From an uncultured bacterium (lineage in GTDB: Bacteria > Cyanobacteriota > Cyanobacteriia > Phormidesmidales > Phormidesmidaceae), in assembly GCA_964442885.1 (NCBI GenBank), contig CAYUBC010000001.1:1-39003 (forward strand): a stretch of DNA of 39,003 bases, written 5' to 3'. Position 1 is the stretch's first letter; each line of letters begins with the position of its first letter. This document shows, piece after piece, positions 9,586 to 18,097 of the stretch. The notes beneath the pieces were generated by a model that searched no databases, was not told the origin of the DNA, and worked only from the letters and a program-made list of their open reading frames with translations. Position numbers and translations under genes: made by a program.

Positions 9586-9669
9586 AGTCAGCCTCCAAGC
9601 AGCTTTCCTATCCTAGCGTTTTGAGCACTAATTAGGCTCAAGGGACTCATTTCCTACCAATTCAAAAGC

Positions 9670-10032
9670 CTAAAGGTTGGTCTTATGTTCCTGTAATAAC
9701 GAAGAGTCAATGTCTAGCCACCAATTTTCATCAACAAATTTCAGATCATCGTTGTAGACAAGGCGTAATTCACCAATTTTCTGTAGTCTTTTTGAATCAC
9801 TATCAACTGCATTATCCACATCCACTGCCTTAAGAATAAAATTTAAGTTCAAAGAACGCTTGGCCTGTGCTATGCACACGGAACTACTTATCAATTCAGC
9901 TTCTAAAGGGTGAGGTAAGATCACCTGATCATAATATTGATCGTGATCATATTTAATTCCTAGCTTAACTTGCTCACTGGCAAAAGAAACCAGTAGATCA
10001 GTTGTAGTTCGGTAGACTATGCTGGGTTGAAT
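9670..10032 (-). CDS. AT-rich hypothetical protein; start uncertain (GTG 9924, or ATT 10032, or start lost)
   Basis: Frame is open from 10038 to 9670, but the first canonical start is GTG at 9924. Confidence 0.45.
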   Translation of the reverse strand: MQPSIVYRTTTDLLVSFASEQVKLGIKYDHDQYYDQVILPHPLEAELISSSVCIAQAKRSLNLNFILKAVDVDNAVDSDSKRLQKIGELRLVYNDDLKFVDENWWLDIDSSLLQEHKTNL

Positions 10033-10111
10033 ACTAGTTCAATTATTGGGTAAATCTTTTACAACCCTGAGGGTAACCGATAAGATCTAATCAACATATC
10101 TCACTGGAGGC

Positions 10112-10696
10112 ATGGTTGTGACTCAAGTTGTACCACAACCGACTACATCTGCCCTTGTCCCCGCTAAAATCACCCTGGATCAATACCATCGTATGGTCGA
10201 GACAGGGATTTGGGACGAGCGCCATGTAGAGCTGTTAAATGGAGTGGTGGTCGAGATGTCGCCAGAAGGAATTCCTCATGCTAGTCGTAGCACGACCACC
10301 AGTGAGTATTTGAGAGACGTAATAGGCCGGCAAGCACAGGTGCGCGAGGGGCACCCTATTACCTTGCCCAGGGGTTCGGAACCTGAACCAGATATTGCTA
10401 TTGTGCAACGGGTTCAAGATAACTATCTGAGTCATCATCCTTATCCTGAAAACATCTTCTGGGTGATTGAGTACGCTAACACTAGCCTGAACAAGGATTT
10501 GGGGATAAAAGCTGATATCTATGCCGCTGAAGGCATTTCTGAATATTGGGTGATCAACCTCAAGCAAAACAGTTTGATCGTGTTTCGCGATCCCGTGGAT
10601 GGAAACTATCAATCTCAGCAGGAGCTTACTTCAGGAACCATTACTCCTGTCAGATTTCCTGAGGTAATGCTTGAGGTGACGCGGTTCCTCGTGTAA
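10112..10696 (+). CDS. Uma2 family (DUF820) endonuclease-like protein
   Basis: YHRM, VELLNG, SEPEPDIAIV, VIEYA, YA..GI.EYWVINL. Confidence 0.93.
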   Translation: MVVTQVVPQPTTSALVPAKITLDQYHRMVETGIWDERHVELLNGVVVEMSPEGIPHASRSTTTSEYLRDVIGRQAQVREGHPITLPRGSEPEPDIAIVQRVQDNYLSHHPYPENIFWVIEYANTSLNKDLGIKADIYAAEGISEYWVINLKQNSLIVFRDPVDGNYQSQQELTSGTITPVRFPEVMLEVTRFLV

Positions 10697-10721
10697 GGTT
10701 AGCGGCCTTACCGTTAGGCAG

Positions 10722-11087
10722 TCACTCTAGAGCGTATTGCGTCAGCTCTCCTAGAGAGACATACTCTAGGGCAGCGGCGTGAGTCGCTTCCAAGGCCACG
10801 GGCGGAGCAACGCCAGCATCGAGGGCTTCTTTCCAACGGGAGGCGCAGAGGCACCAGCGATCTCCCGGTTTCAGCCCTGGAAACTGAAACGCCGGTACCG
10901 GTGTGGAAAGGTCATTGCCCTGAGCTTTGGTAAAGGCGAGAAATTCTACCGTCATTTCGGCGCAGACGACATGAGCGCCCATATCTCCAGCCCCAGTGTT
11001 GCAGCAACCATCGCGATAGAAGCCGGTCATTGGGGCCGTGCAACACGTGCCTAGCGGAGTGCCTAATACATTGCTGGCATCAGCCAT
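10722..11087 (-). CDS. DUF2237 family protein
   Basis: NVLG.PL..C...PMTGFYRDGCC, GNDLSTP, FPGLKPGDRWCLCA.RW. Confidence 0.92.
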   Translation of the reverse strand: MADASNVLGTPLGTCCTAPMTGFYRDGCCNTGAGDMGAHVVCAEMTVEFLAFTKAQGNDLSTPVPAFQFPGLKPGDRWCLCASRWKEALDAGVAPPVALEATHAAALEYVSLGELTQYALE

Positions 11088-11171
11088 AGGAGTGACTCTG
11101 GTAAAGGATTTCTTACCTTGTACTACGATGGCCCGCACTTTGCAAAGGTCGGCGGGGTATTAAAGGCGGTC

Positions 11172-11227
11172 AGGAGGCAGAAGTTAGGAGTTAGAAGTTA
11201 GGAGTTAGGAGGCAGGAGTTAGGAGGC
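11172..11227. repeat. Short tandem heptamer repeat (STRR-like), 8 units
   Basis: aggaggc/agaagtt/aggagtt units in tandem. Confidence 0.85.
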
Positions 11228-11288
11228 AGAGGGATCCTGGCTTCTATCTAGCAGTTTCCTAAACGCTTTATCCCGCTTTGAGCTGATC

Positions 11289-11316
11289 AAAAAAGGGCGA
11301 ACAGACGCTCGCCCCT
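11289..11316 (-). terminator. Probable intrinsic terminator of the DUF1232 gene
   Basis: gggcga..tcgccc hairpin next to an A6 run (U-tract on the minus strand). Confidence 0.65.
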
Positions 11317-11340
11317 GACGCACTACGCTATGAATGAACC

Positions 11341-11628
11341 CTAAACTTCGACGGTGACTACGGGCTCGACGGTCGAGTCGGTATCTTCGGCGTTGCGGGA
11401 TTGCTTCCGCTTACCCAGATGCTCAAGGGCAAGTTGAGACAGTTCACTCACCAGAAGCGTGGCTAGAATGCCATCGTCAACCCAGCCAATAATAGGTAGA
11501 AAATCGGGTGAAATGTCGATGGGAGAAACCAGATAGATGAGCGTACCTAACACCAAAACCCAGCGATACTTCGTATTGCGAAGCATCGACTTATACCAGT
11601 TGTAAAACGATTCGATCATGTTTTTCAT
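11341..11628 (-). CDS. YkvA/DUF1232 family membrane protein
   Basis: YLVSPIDISPDFLPIIGWVDD motif. Confidence 0.9.
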   Translation of the reverse strand: MKNMIESFYNWYKSMLRNTKYRWVLVLGTLIYLVSPIDISPDFLPIIGWVDDGILATLLVSELSQLALEHLGKRKQSRNAEDTDSTVEPVVTVEV

Positions 11629-11932
11629 CAAGCCACCTGCCTAACGTTGACATCTTAGATAATGTCAGAAACCCTGGTTATTCCCTAGTGTAGAAACCTC
11701 ATCTAATCAGTTGGAAAAACCGTCTAAAACCAATCATCAGGCCAGTTCTTAAACAGGCACAGTCAGGGCTTTCAACCGGGTCAAGAGTGGCCCCGGCTCG
11801 ACCCATCGCTGGGGTTTGCCGTGGGTGATGGCAGTCATCGCGCTAGGTCTCTCCTTGCCAGGCCAGCTATGGAGAAATGCTAGACTGCATGGGTTCAGGT
11901 TATTTCAGGGGATGGCGGCGAAGGGAGACAAC

Positions 11933-13048
11933 ATGGATTCAGCGGGCACCCTACAGCACTTTAAAGCACCCCTGAACCGGGCAGCGGCTATTGAGGTTGC
12001 CCTCAGCGTTGCGCCGATGATGGATCGCACCGACCGCCACTACCGCTACTTCATGCGGCAGATTACCCGCGCCACGCTGCTGTATACCGAAATGGTAACG
12101 GCCCAGGCCATTCGCTATGGCGATCTCGACCATCTGCTGGGCTTTACCCCTGACGAAAAACCGCTGGTGCTTCAGGTCGGCGGGGATGACCCAGCCCTGC
12201 TGGCGGAGTCAGCCAGGGCCGCAGCCGATTTTGGTTACGATGGCGTTAATTTAAATGTGGGCTGTCCTAGCGATCGCGTCCAGAGCGGCAACTTTGGGGC
12301 TTGTTTGATGATGCAGCCGGAGCGCGTCGCCGAGGCCGTAGCGGCGATGATGGCCGCTACGCCTCTACCCGTGAGTGTCAAGCACCGCATTGGCGTGGAC
12401 GAGGTTGATCGCTATGAGGATATGGCCCACTTTGTCAGCACCGTGGCCCAAACTGGCTGTCGTCATTTCACTGTCCATGCGCGCAAGGCCTGGTTGCAGG
12501 GGCTCAGCCCTAAGGACAACCGCACTATTCCGCCCCTGCGCTACGGCGATGTGCATCGCCTCAAGCGAGACTTTCCCCACCTGTGGATAGAAATCAACGG
12601 CGGCTTTACCACCCTGGAGCAGGTGACCACCCAACTGACCCAGGTGGATGCCGTGATGATTGGCCGCGCCGCCTACGACCATCCCTACCTCTTTGCCGAG
12701 GTGGATCAGCGGTTTTTGAGAGCAGACTGGCCCGGGAGATCCCGCCAGCAAATCGTTGAGGCCATGTTGCCCTACATCGACCACTGGACGAGCCGGGGCC
12801 TGAAGCTCAACAAGATTACCCGCCACATGCTGATGCTCTTTGCTGGGCAACCCGGCAGCCGCCACTGGAAGCGCATCTTGACAGAAGACTCTTGCAAGCC
12901 AGGAGCTGGGGTTGAGGTGGTTCAACAGGCGCTAGAGGTGGTGCTAGCCTGTCAACCAGCCACGACCGAGTTTTCTCTGCAAGCCCATGAAACGGCCCAC
13001 GCTCCAGCCCATGCCGGTCTTGCTCCCACTACCCTAACCCACCCCTAG
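11933..13048 (+). CDS. dusA: tRNA-dihydrouridine(20/20a) synthase DusA
   Basis: SVAPMMDRTDRH, NLNVGCPSDRVQ.G.FGACLM, VKHRIG, HARKAWLQGLSPK.NR.IPPL; ATG 11933 follows an agggag SD. Confidence 0.95.
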   Translation: MDSAGTLQHFKAPLNRAAAIEVALSVAPMMDRTDRHYRYFMRQITRATLLYTEMVTAQAIRYGDLDHLLGFTPDEKPLVLQVGGDDPALLAESARAAADFGYDGVNLNVGCPSDRVQSGNFGACLMMQPERVAEAVAAMMAATPLPVSVKHRIGVDEVDRYEDMAHFVSTVAQTGCRHFTVHARKAWLQGLSPKDNRTIPPLRYGDVHRLKRDFPHLWIEINGGFTTLEQVTTQLTQVDAVMIGRAAYDHPYLFAEVDQRFLRADWPGRSRQQIVEAMLPYIDHWTSRGLKLNKITRHMLMLFAGQPGSRHWKRILTEDSCKPGAGVEVVQQALEVVLACQPATTEFSLQAHETAHAPAHAGLAPTTLTHP

Positions 13049-14280
13049 GGCAGCGGCACCCACGCAAAGGGAAAGGCATACTCATCGGGCTGGGTCAGGG
13101 CCGTAAACTGGGTGGCATCGGGCCGCACCACGTGGAGCATTTGGTTGCCCAGGTCATCGTCCCTGGCGACGGCTGTAAAGGCGATCCAATCGCCCTGGGG
13201 AGACCAATGGCTGTCCAAAATAGTTTGGAAGGCTTGGGGCGTGAGGGCGGTAAATTCCTGGTTTTTGAGCTCCAGCCTAAACAGGGTTTGCTGTTCTAGC
13301 TGGCTGCCAGCGGAAAAGGCTAGCTGCTGACTGTCGGGCGACCAGCTTAGAGCATTATAAAAGCCAGGCCGGGTGAGGATTTGGCGTTCCTCGGTAGCTA
13401 CCTCAATTAGCGCTACGACTTCCTGATTGCTGAGGGGCGGGTTGTGGGGTTGGTAGAAGGCGATGTAGCGACTATTCGGGCTCCACACTAGGTGGCTGCG
13501 GTAGATTTGAAAGTCTTCCTCAGCGGTCAGCACCCGGCGGTTGCCGGTGTTGATTTCAATCAGGTTGATGCGTTGAACGGGATAGCTGCCTTCGTAAAAC
13601 GCCAGTTGAGATCCATCGGGCGACCAGGCTAAGGGGCTCCCGGCGGAGGCGTAGGCACCTGGCTCCTGGGTGAGCTGGCGCGGGGCACTGCCGTTTAGTC
13701 CAGCCACATAAATGTGTTGATTGGCCACATAGGCCACGCGATCGCCCTGGGGAGATGGATACAGGTCAGACTCAATGCGATTGGGCAGTCCGGTCAACGG
13801 GGTGATTTGCCCGGCTGCATTGGCCAGAAACACCTGCCACTGACTCTGACCAGCGGGGTCGGCCTGGTTGCAGCGCTGCTGGATGAGCAGGGTTTGGCGA
13901 TCGCTCCCCCAGGCTAGCTCTAAATTGGCCGGGCGCTCGCACTGGCTGGCAAACACACGGGTAGCGCGATTGGTTGTTGGGCTCAGCCGATACACCTCGG
14001 TACTGTTTTGGACTACCGCTAACTGCTGGCCATCCGGCGACCAAAGCAACTGGCTAAACAGCCCGGTGCTGCTACTGTCAAGGGTTTGGCGCTGACTTCC
14101 CAAGGGCTGAACCAAAAACAGGCCATCGGGCGTTGCAAATAGCACCCCAGCGCCGCGGGATGCCGTGGGTGAGGGAGCCGCCGCCTGTGCCATTACCCCT
14201 GAAGTCGGTAGGTTAGCCAACCCCAGGGCCGTTAGTAGAGCCCATAGTCGAATCACCATGTTTCGTCCTTTCAAGTCCAT
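13045..14280 (-). CDS. Exported TolB-like beta-propeller (PD40 repeats)
   Basis: Signal peptide plus repeated WSPDG..LAF motifs. Confidence 0.85.
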   Translation of the reverse strand: MDLKGRNMVIRLWALLTALGLANLPTSGVMAQAAAPSPTASRGAGVLFATPDGLFLVQPLGSQRQTLDSSSTGLFSQLLWSPDGQQLAVVQNSTEVYRLSPTTNRATRVFASQCERPANLELAWGSDRQTLLIQQRCNQADPAGQSQWQVFLANAAGQITPLTGLPNRIESDLYPSPQGDRVAYVANQHIYVAGLNGSAPRQLTQEPGAYASAGSPLAWSPDGSQLAFYEGSYPVQRINLIEINTGNRRVLTAEEDFQIYRSHLVWSPNSRYIAFYQPHNPPLSNQEVVALIEVATEERQILTRPGFYNALSWSPDSQQLAFSAGSQLEQQTLFRLELKNQEFTALTPQAFQTILDSHWSPQGDWIAFTAVARDDDLGNQMLHVVRPDATQFTALTQPDEYAFPFAWVPLP

Positions 14281-14452
14281 CCGTGATCATAGCGGTCGAA
14301 GATTGGAGCGGTCGAGCAGAGCACCCTGAAATAAGATTTTTCTTGGCTGTTCTTGACCCTGGCCAGGTTTCTGAGATGCTGTAGACAGCGTAGCCAGGAT
14401 TGGCTAGTCAAACGGCCCCGTTGTTTTTGCTGTTCTACTCCGCCTAAGCTCC

Positions 14453-15328
14453 ATGAACTTCATTAGCTTGTTTTTCATTTTTCTAATCATTTCCTCTGTA
14501 CAGCCAGCAATTCAGCGAAGAATTATCGAATCTCGCCGCCTAGCCGCCATTCGCAACCTGGAGCAACGGCGCGGTAGTCGGGTAATTTTGCTGATTCATC
14601 GGCAGGAATCTATCAGTTTGCTGGGTATCCCCATTTCTCGCTTCATTAACATCGAAGACTCAGAGCAGATTCTACGGGCTATTCGCCTGACGCCCTCTAA
14701 TGTCCCCATCGACCTGATTTTGCACACCCCCGGCGGGCTGGTGCTGGCCACTGAACAAATTGCCCGCGCCCTGATTCGTCACGGTGCCAAGGTGACGGTG
14801 TTTATTCCCCACTACGCCATGAGCGGCGGCACCATGCTGGCCATGGCCGCCGACGAAATTGTCATGGACGAAAACGCCGTGCTGGGGCCAGTGGATCCCC
14901 AACTGGGGAATGTGGCTGCGGCTAGCATTCTCAAGGTGTTGGAAGGCAAGCCCCTGGAGAAGATCGACGACCAAACCCTGATTACTGCTGACGTGGCTCG
15001 CAAGGCTATCAACCAGGTGCAGCGCTTCGTCCGCACCTTGCTAGAAGACACCTTTCCTCGCCAAAAAGTTCACCCCACCGATATCGACAAAATTATCGAC
15101 CGGCTGACCACTGGCCAGGTCACCCACGACTACCCCATCACCGTTGAAGAAGCCACCGAGATTGGCTTACCCATTACCGTTGGCCTACCGATGGAAATTT
15201 ATAACTTGATGGATCTCTATCCCCAACCGATGGTAGGACGGCCCACGGTGCAGTACATCCCGATGCCGTACCAGAACCCTCCCACATTGCCCGCTAGTAA
15301 AGGGCAGGTTAGAGGTACACTACGGTAA
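14453..15328 (+). CDS. SDH family ClpP-fold serine protease (DUF114)
   Basis: LIHRQE, LHTPGGLVLA, AMSGGT, LGPVDPQ, THDYPI motifs; N-terminal TM. Confidence 0.9.
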   Translation: MNFISLFFIFLIISSVQPAIQRRIIESRRLAAIRNLEQRRGSRVILLIHRQESISLLGIPISRFINIEDSEQILRAIRLTPSNVPIDLILHTPGGLVLATEQIARALIRHGAKVTVFIPHYAMSGGTMLAMAADEIVMDENAVLGPVDPQLGNVAAASILKVLEGKPLEKIDDQTLITADVARKAINQVQRFVRTLLEDTFPRQKVHPTDIDKIIDRLTTGQVTHDYPITVEEATEIGLPITVGLPMEIYNLMDLYPQPMVGRPTVQYIPMPYQNPPTLPASKGQVRGTLR

Positions 15329-17885
15329 CTCCGGTGCCACCATCCACCTGGTCAGCCGCTTCAAAGCGTTGGACTTGAGGATGAGCCTTGAGGTAATCTT
15401 GTACGCCGCGCCGCAGTTTGCCCGTGCCGTGGCCGTGGATTACCCACAGAGCACCGCTGGCTTTGGCGATGGCTTCTTTTAAAACCGCTTCGGCCTCCAC
15501 GACTCGCATCCCCCGTAGATCAACGGTGTTGCGAGAGGTGCGCACCGCTGGCGCTGGGGGTGCAGCCTGGGCGGCTGGTACCGTGTTTTGCGGTTTGGGC
15601 TTGGGCGGTAGCTCGGCCTTTTCCCCCTGAAGCGACTCAATATCGGCCAGGCTAACGGTGGTTTTCATTAACCCAAAGCGCACCGTTAGGCGATGATTGT
15701 CATCCGGGGCGGTCAGCACCTCAGCGGTTTGGCCCAGGCTGGGGATGCGGACGCGATCGCCCACTTCGGGCTGAAAAGCGGGCCGCGCTGAGGTCGCCGC
15801 CGGGCGTGCCGGTAGATGGGTAGTGGCAATGGCATCCACGGCTTCCGTGGCTTTCTGAGCATCCTGGGCGGTCACATTGCCCTGCTGAAGCTGGCGAATC
15901 ACCTTGGCAATATCCGCTTTAGCGGCAGCGATCGCCTGCTGAATGGCCGACTCTTGTTGCAGCTTCAGCTCCCGCTCTCGCTCTCGCAGCATCTCAGCCT
16001 TACGACTGACTTCCTGGTGCAGGGCTTCGGTCTGAGCCAGTAACGCCGCTGCCGCCTGGGATTTTTCTTCCTGTTCCCGGCGCTGAGCTTCCAGGCCAGC
16101 AATTACCTGGTTGACATCGGCTTGAGCCGCCACGGCCATTTGAGACGCGGCCTCATCCAAAATCCCAGCATTCAACCCCAACCGGCGGGCAATCGACAGG
16201 GCATTCGACCGCCCTGGAATGCCCCACAGCAGGCGATAGGTGGGCGAAAGGCTGACCTCGTCAAACTCCACGGAGGCATTCTCAAACCGGGAATCCTGGT
16301 ATTTGAGGGCTTTCAGCTCACCATAGTGGGTGGTAGCAACCGTCAACCGAACCCCATCGGCCAGGTGTTTGAGTAATGCAATGGCCAGAGCCGTTCCCTC
16401 GGTGGGGTCAGTCCCCGCGCCCACTTCATCTAGCAGAACCAGCGCATTAGCCGGGTTGGGGCCAGGAGAAGCCGAGGTCGAGCTTGGAGGACATCGGTCT
16501 ACGGCATGCTGATCGTCAAGACCCGTTTGCTGAGAGAATTCTGGCTGTTCTGGATGGCGCAGTGGTGCAAGATGCTGATCGTCAAGACCCGTCTGCTGAG
16601 GGACTTCTGGCTGTTCTGGCTGTTGCGGTGGTGCAATGGCAGGGGCCGGGTCGATGGCGGCCAAAATTCGGCTAATCCGGCGAACATGCCCCGAAAAGGT
16701 GGAGAGACTTTGCTCAATGGATTGTTCGTCGCCAATGTCGGCTAACACGTGCTCAAACCACGGTAGCTCTACTGGCTCACGGGCGGGCACAAACAGGCCG
16801 ACCTTGGCCATCATGGCGGCTAGGCCCAGGGTTTTTAGGGTAACGGTTTTGCCCCCGGTGTTTGGGCCGGTAATGGCCACAACTCGCAGAACCGGTTGTA
16901 TGAGCAAGTCAATGGGGACAACCTCAGCGCCCTGTTCATGGCGTTGCTGCCAAACCAGCAGCGGATGACGCAACTGTCGCAGGGTGATGGGCTGGTGCGC
17001 TGGCGTAAACCGGGGCGGGTTCGCCTCTAGCCAGAGGGAGTAGCGGGCTCTAGCATGGGCCAGGTCAAGGGTGGTAACGGTAGCCAGGAGATGTTCTAAA
17101 TCATCGGATACGGCGGCGAGTTGCTGAGTCAGGTCGCGCAGGATGGCTTCAATTTCGGTGTGCTCCTGGCGCAGCAACTGTCGTAGCTGGTTGCCCAATT
17201 CCACAATGGCGTTAGGCTCGATGTAGAGGGTTGCACCGCTGATCGACGCATCATGCACCAGCCCCGGAATCGCATCCTTTTGGGGGGCTTTGACCGGTAG
17301 CACAAAGCGATCGCCCCGCTGGGTAATCAGGGGCTCCTGTAGAGCATTGGCCTGACGCTGCATAATCCGCTGGAGCCGCTGCTGAATGTCGTTACGAGCG
17401 GCTTTGAGGCGATCGCGAATAGCCCCCAGCTTGGCGCTAGCCCGATCCGTGACATCGCCCCGATCGTCGATACAGTGGTGAATACGCTGCTCCAGCTCTG
17501 GGTAAGTTCGCAAGTTGGCCACCAACGCCTGAAGCACCGGCAGGTCTTCTCCAGCCTGAGCATCGATCATCCGACGCAACTGACGAGCCCCATTCAAGGT
17601 AGTCGCTACATCAATTAACTCCTGGCCACTGAGCAAACCGTTATGGCTAGCCCGTTCTAGCGCTCCGCTGATATCTCGAATGCCGCCGAAATTTAGCCCT
17701 TGGGTCTGCTGATCAAGCCAGTAGACCTCACGGGTTTGGGCCAGCAGTGCCTCACTGGCGACCTGGCTAGCGGGCACTACCAACCGTTGAGCCGCCAGAG
17801 TACCTAACTTGGTCGCTGCAAAGGTAGAAAGATGCTGGCAGAGCCGAGGCCATTCGAGCAGAGTAAGGGTTTCTTGCTGAATCAA
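15309..17885 (-). CDS. mutS2: Endonuclease MutS2 (with ~65-aa low-complexity insertion)
   Basis: TGPNTGGKT Walker A, QSLSTFSGH, LLDEVGAGTDP, TTHYGELK and C-terminal Smr domain (IHGHGTGKLR); TTG start. Confidence 0.96.
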   Translation of the reverse strand: MIQQETLTLLEWPRLCQHLSTFAATKLGTLAAQRLVVPASQVASEALLAQTREVYWLDQQTQGLNFGGIRDISGALERASHNGLLSGQELIDVATTLNGARQLRRMIDAQAGEDLPVLQALVANLRTYPELEQRIHHCIDDRGDVTDRASAKLGAIRDRLKAARNDIQQRLQRIMQRQANALQEPLITQRGDRFVLPVKAPQKDAIPGLVHDASISGATLYIEPNAIVELGNQLRQLLRQEHTEIEAILRDLTQQLAAVSDDLEHLLATVTTLDLAHARARYSLWLEANPPRFTPAHQPITLRQLRHPLLVWQQRHEQGAEVVPIDLLIQPVLRVVAITGPNTGGKTVTLKTLGLAAMMAKVGLFVPAREPVELPWFEHVLADIGDEQSIEQSLSTFSGHVRRISRILAAIDPAPAIAPPQQPEQPEVPQQTGLDDQHLAPLRHPEQPEFSQQTGLDDQHAVDRCPPSSTSASPGPNPANALVLLDEVGAGTDPTEGTALAIALLKHLADGVRLTVATTHYGELKALKYQDSRFENASVEFDEVSLSPTYRLLWGIPGRSNALSIARRLGLNAGILDEAASQMAVAAQADVNQVIAGLEAQRREQEEKSQAAAALLAQTEALHQEVSRKAEMLRERERELKLQQESAIQQAIAAAKADIAKVIRQLQQGNVTAQDAQKATEAVDAIATTHLPARPAATSARPAFQPEVGDRVRIPSLGQTAEVLTAPDDNHRLTVRFGLMKTTVSLADIESLQGEKAELPPKPKPQNTVPAAQAAPPAPAVRTSRNTVDLRGMRVVEAEAVLKEAIAKASGALWVIHGHGTGKLRRGVQDYLKAHPQVQRFEAADQVDGGTGVTVVYL
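16506..16636. repeat. Imperfect 66-nt tandem duplication inside mutS2
   Basis: atgctgatcgtcaagacccgt...ctggctgttctgg...gtggtgcaa at 16506 and again at 16572. Confidence 0.92.
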
Positions 17886-18097
17886 CGATTAGGTTAAGAA
17901 AGGCAATGTCTTTAGTATAGAAAACTCTCGCCGCTGACTTCTGGTTCTGGCGGCCCATTCCAAATAAATCAGCCTTTAGTCAGGGCAAACACTAAGGCCA
18001 GGTTGAGAGAAACCACTTTTTCACCTAACTCTCCCCTAAACTGAAGGCATACGCTTTAGTTTTGGCCACTGGTCGCTGCACCCGGTCTGTTGCTGTG

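Noticed and set aside
11775-11815. aaccgggtcaag resembles the SRP RNA core AACCGGGTCAGG
   Set aside because: The following ccGGAAgg-AGCAGC domain IV motif is absent
16506-16636. Possible CRISPR array
   Set aside because: Only two contiguous copies, no spacers, in frame inside mutS2, and no cas genes
16452-16650. Possible intein in MutS2
   Set aside because: Too short, low complexity, and lacks the Cys/Ser start and His-Asn end signatures
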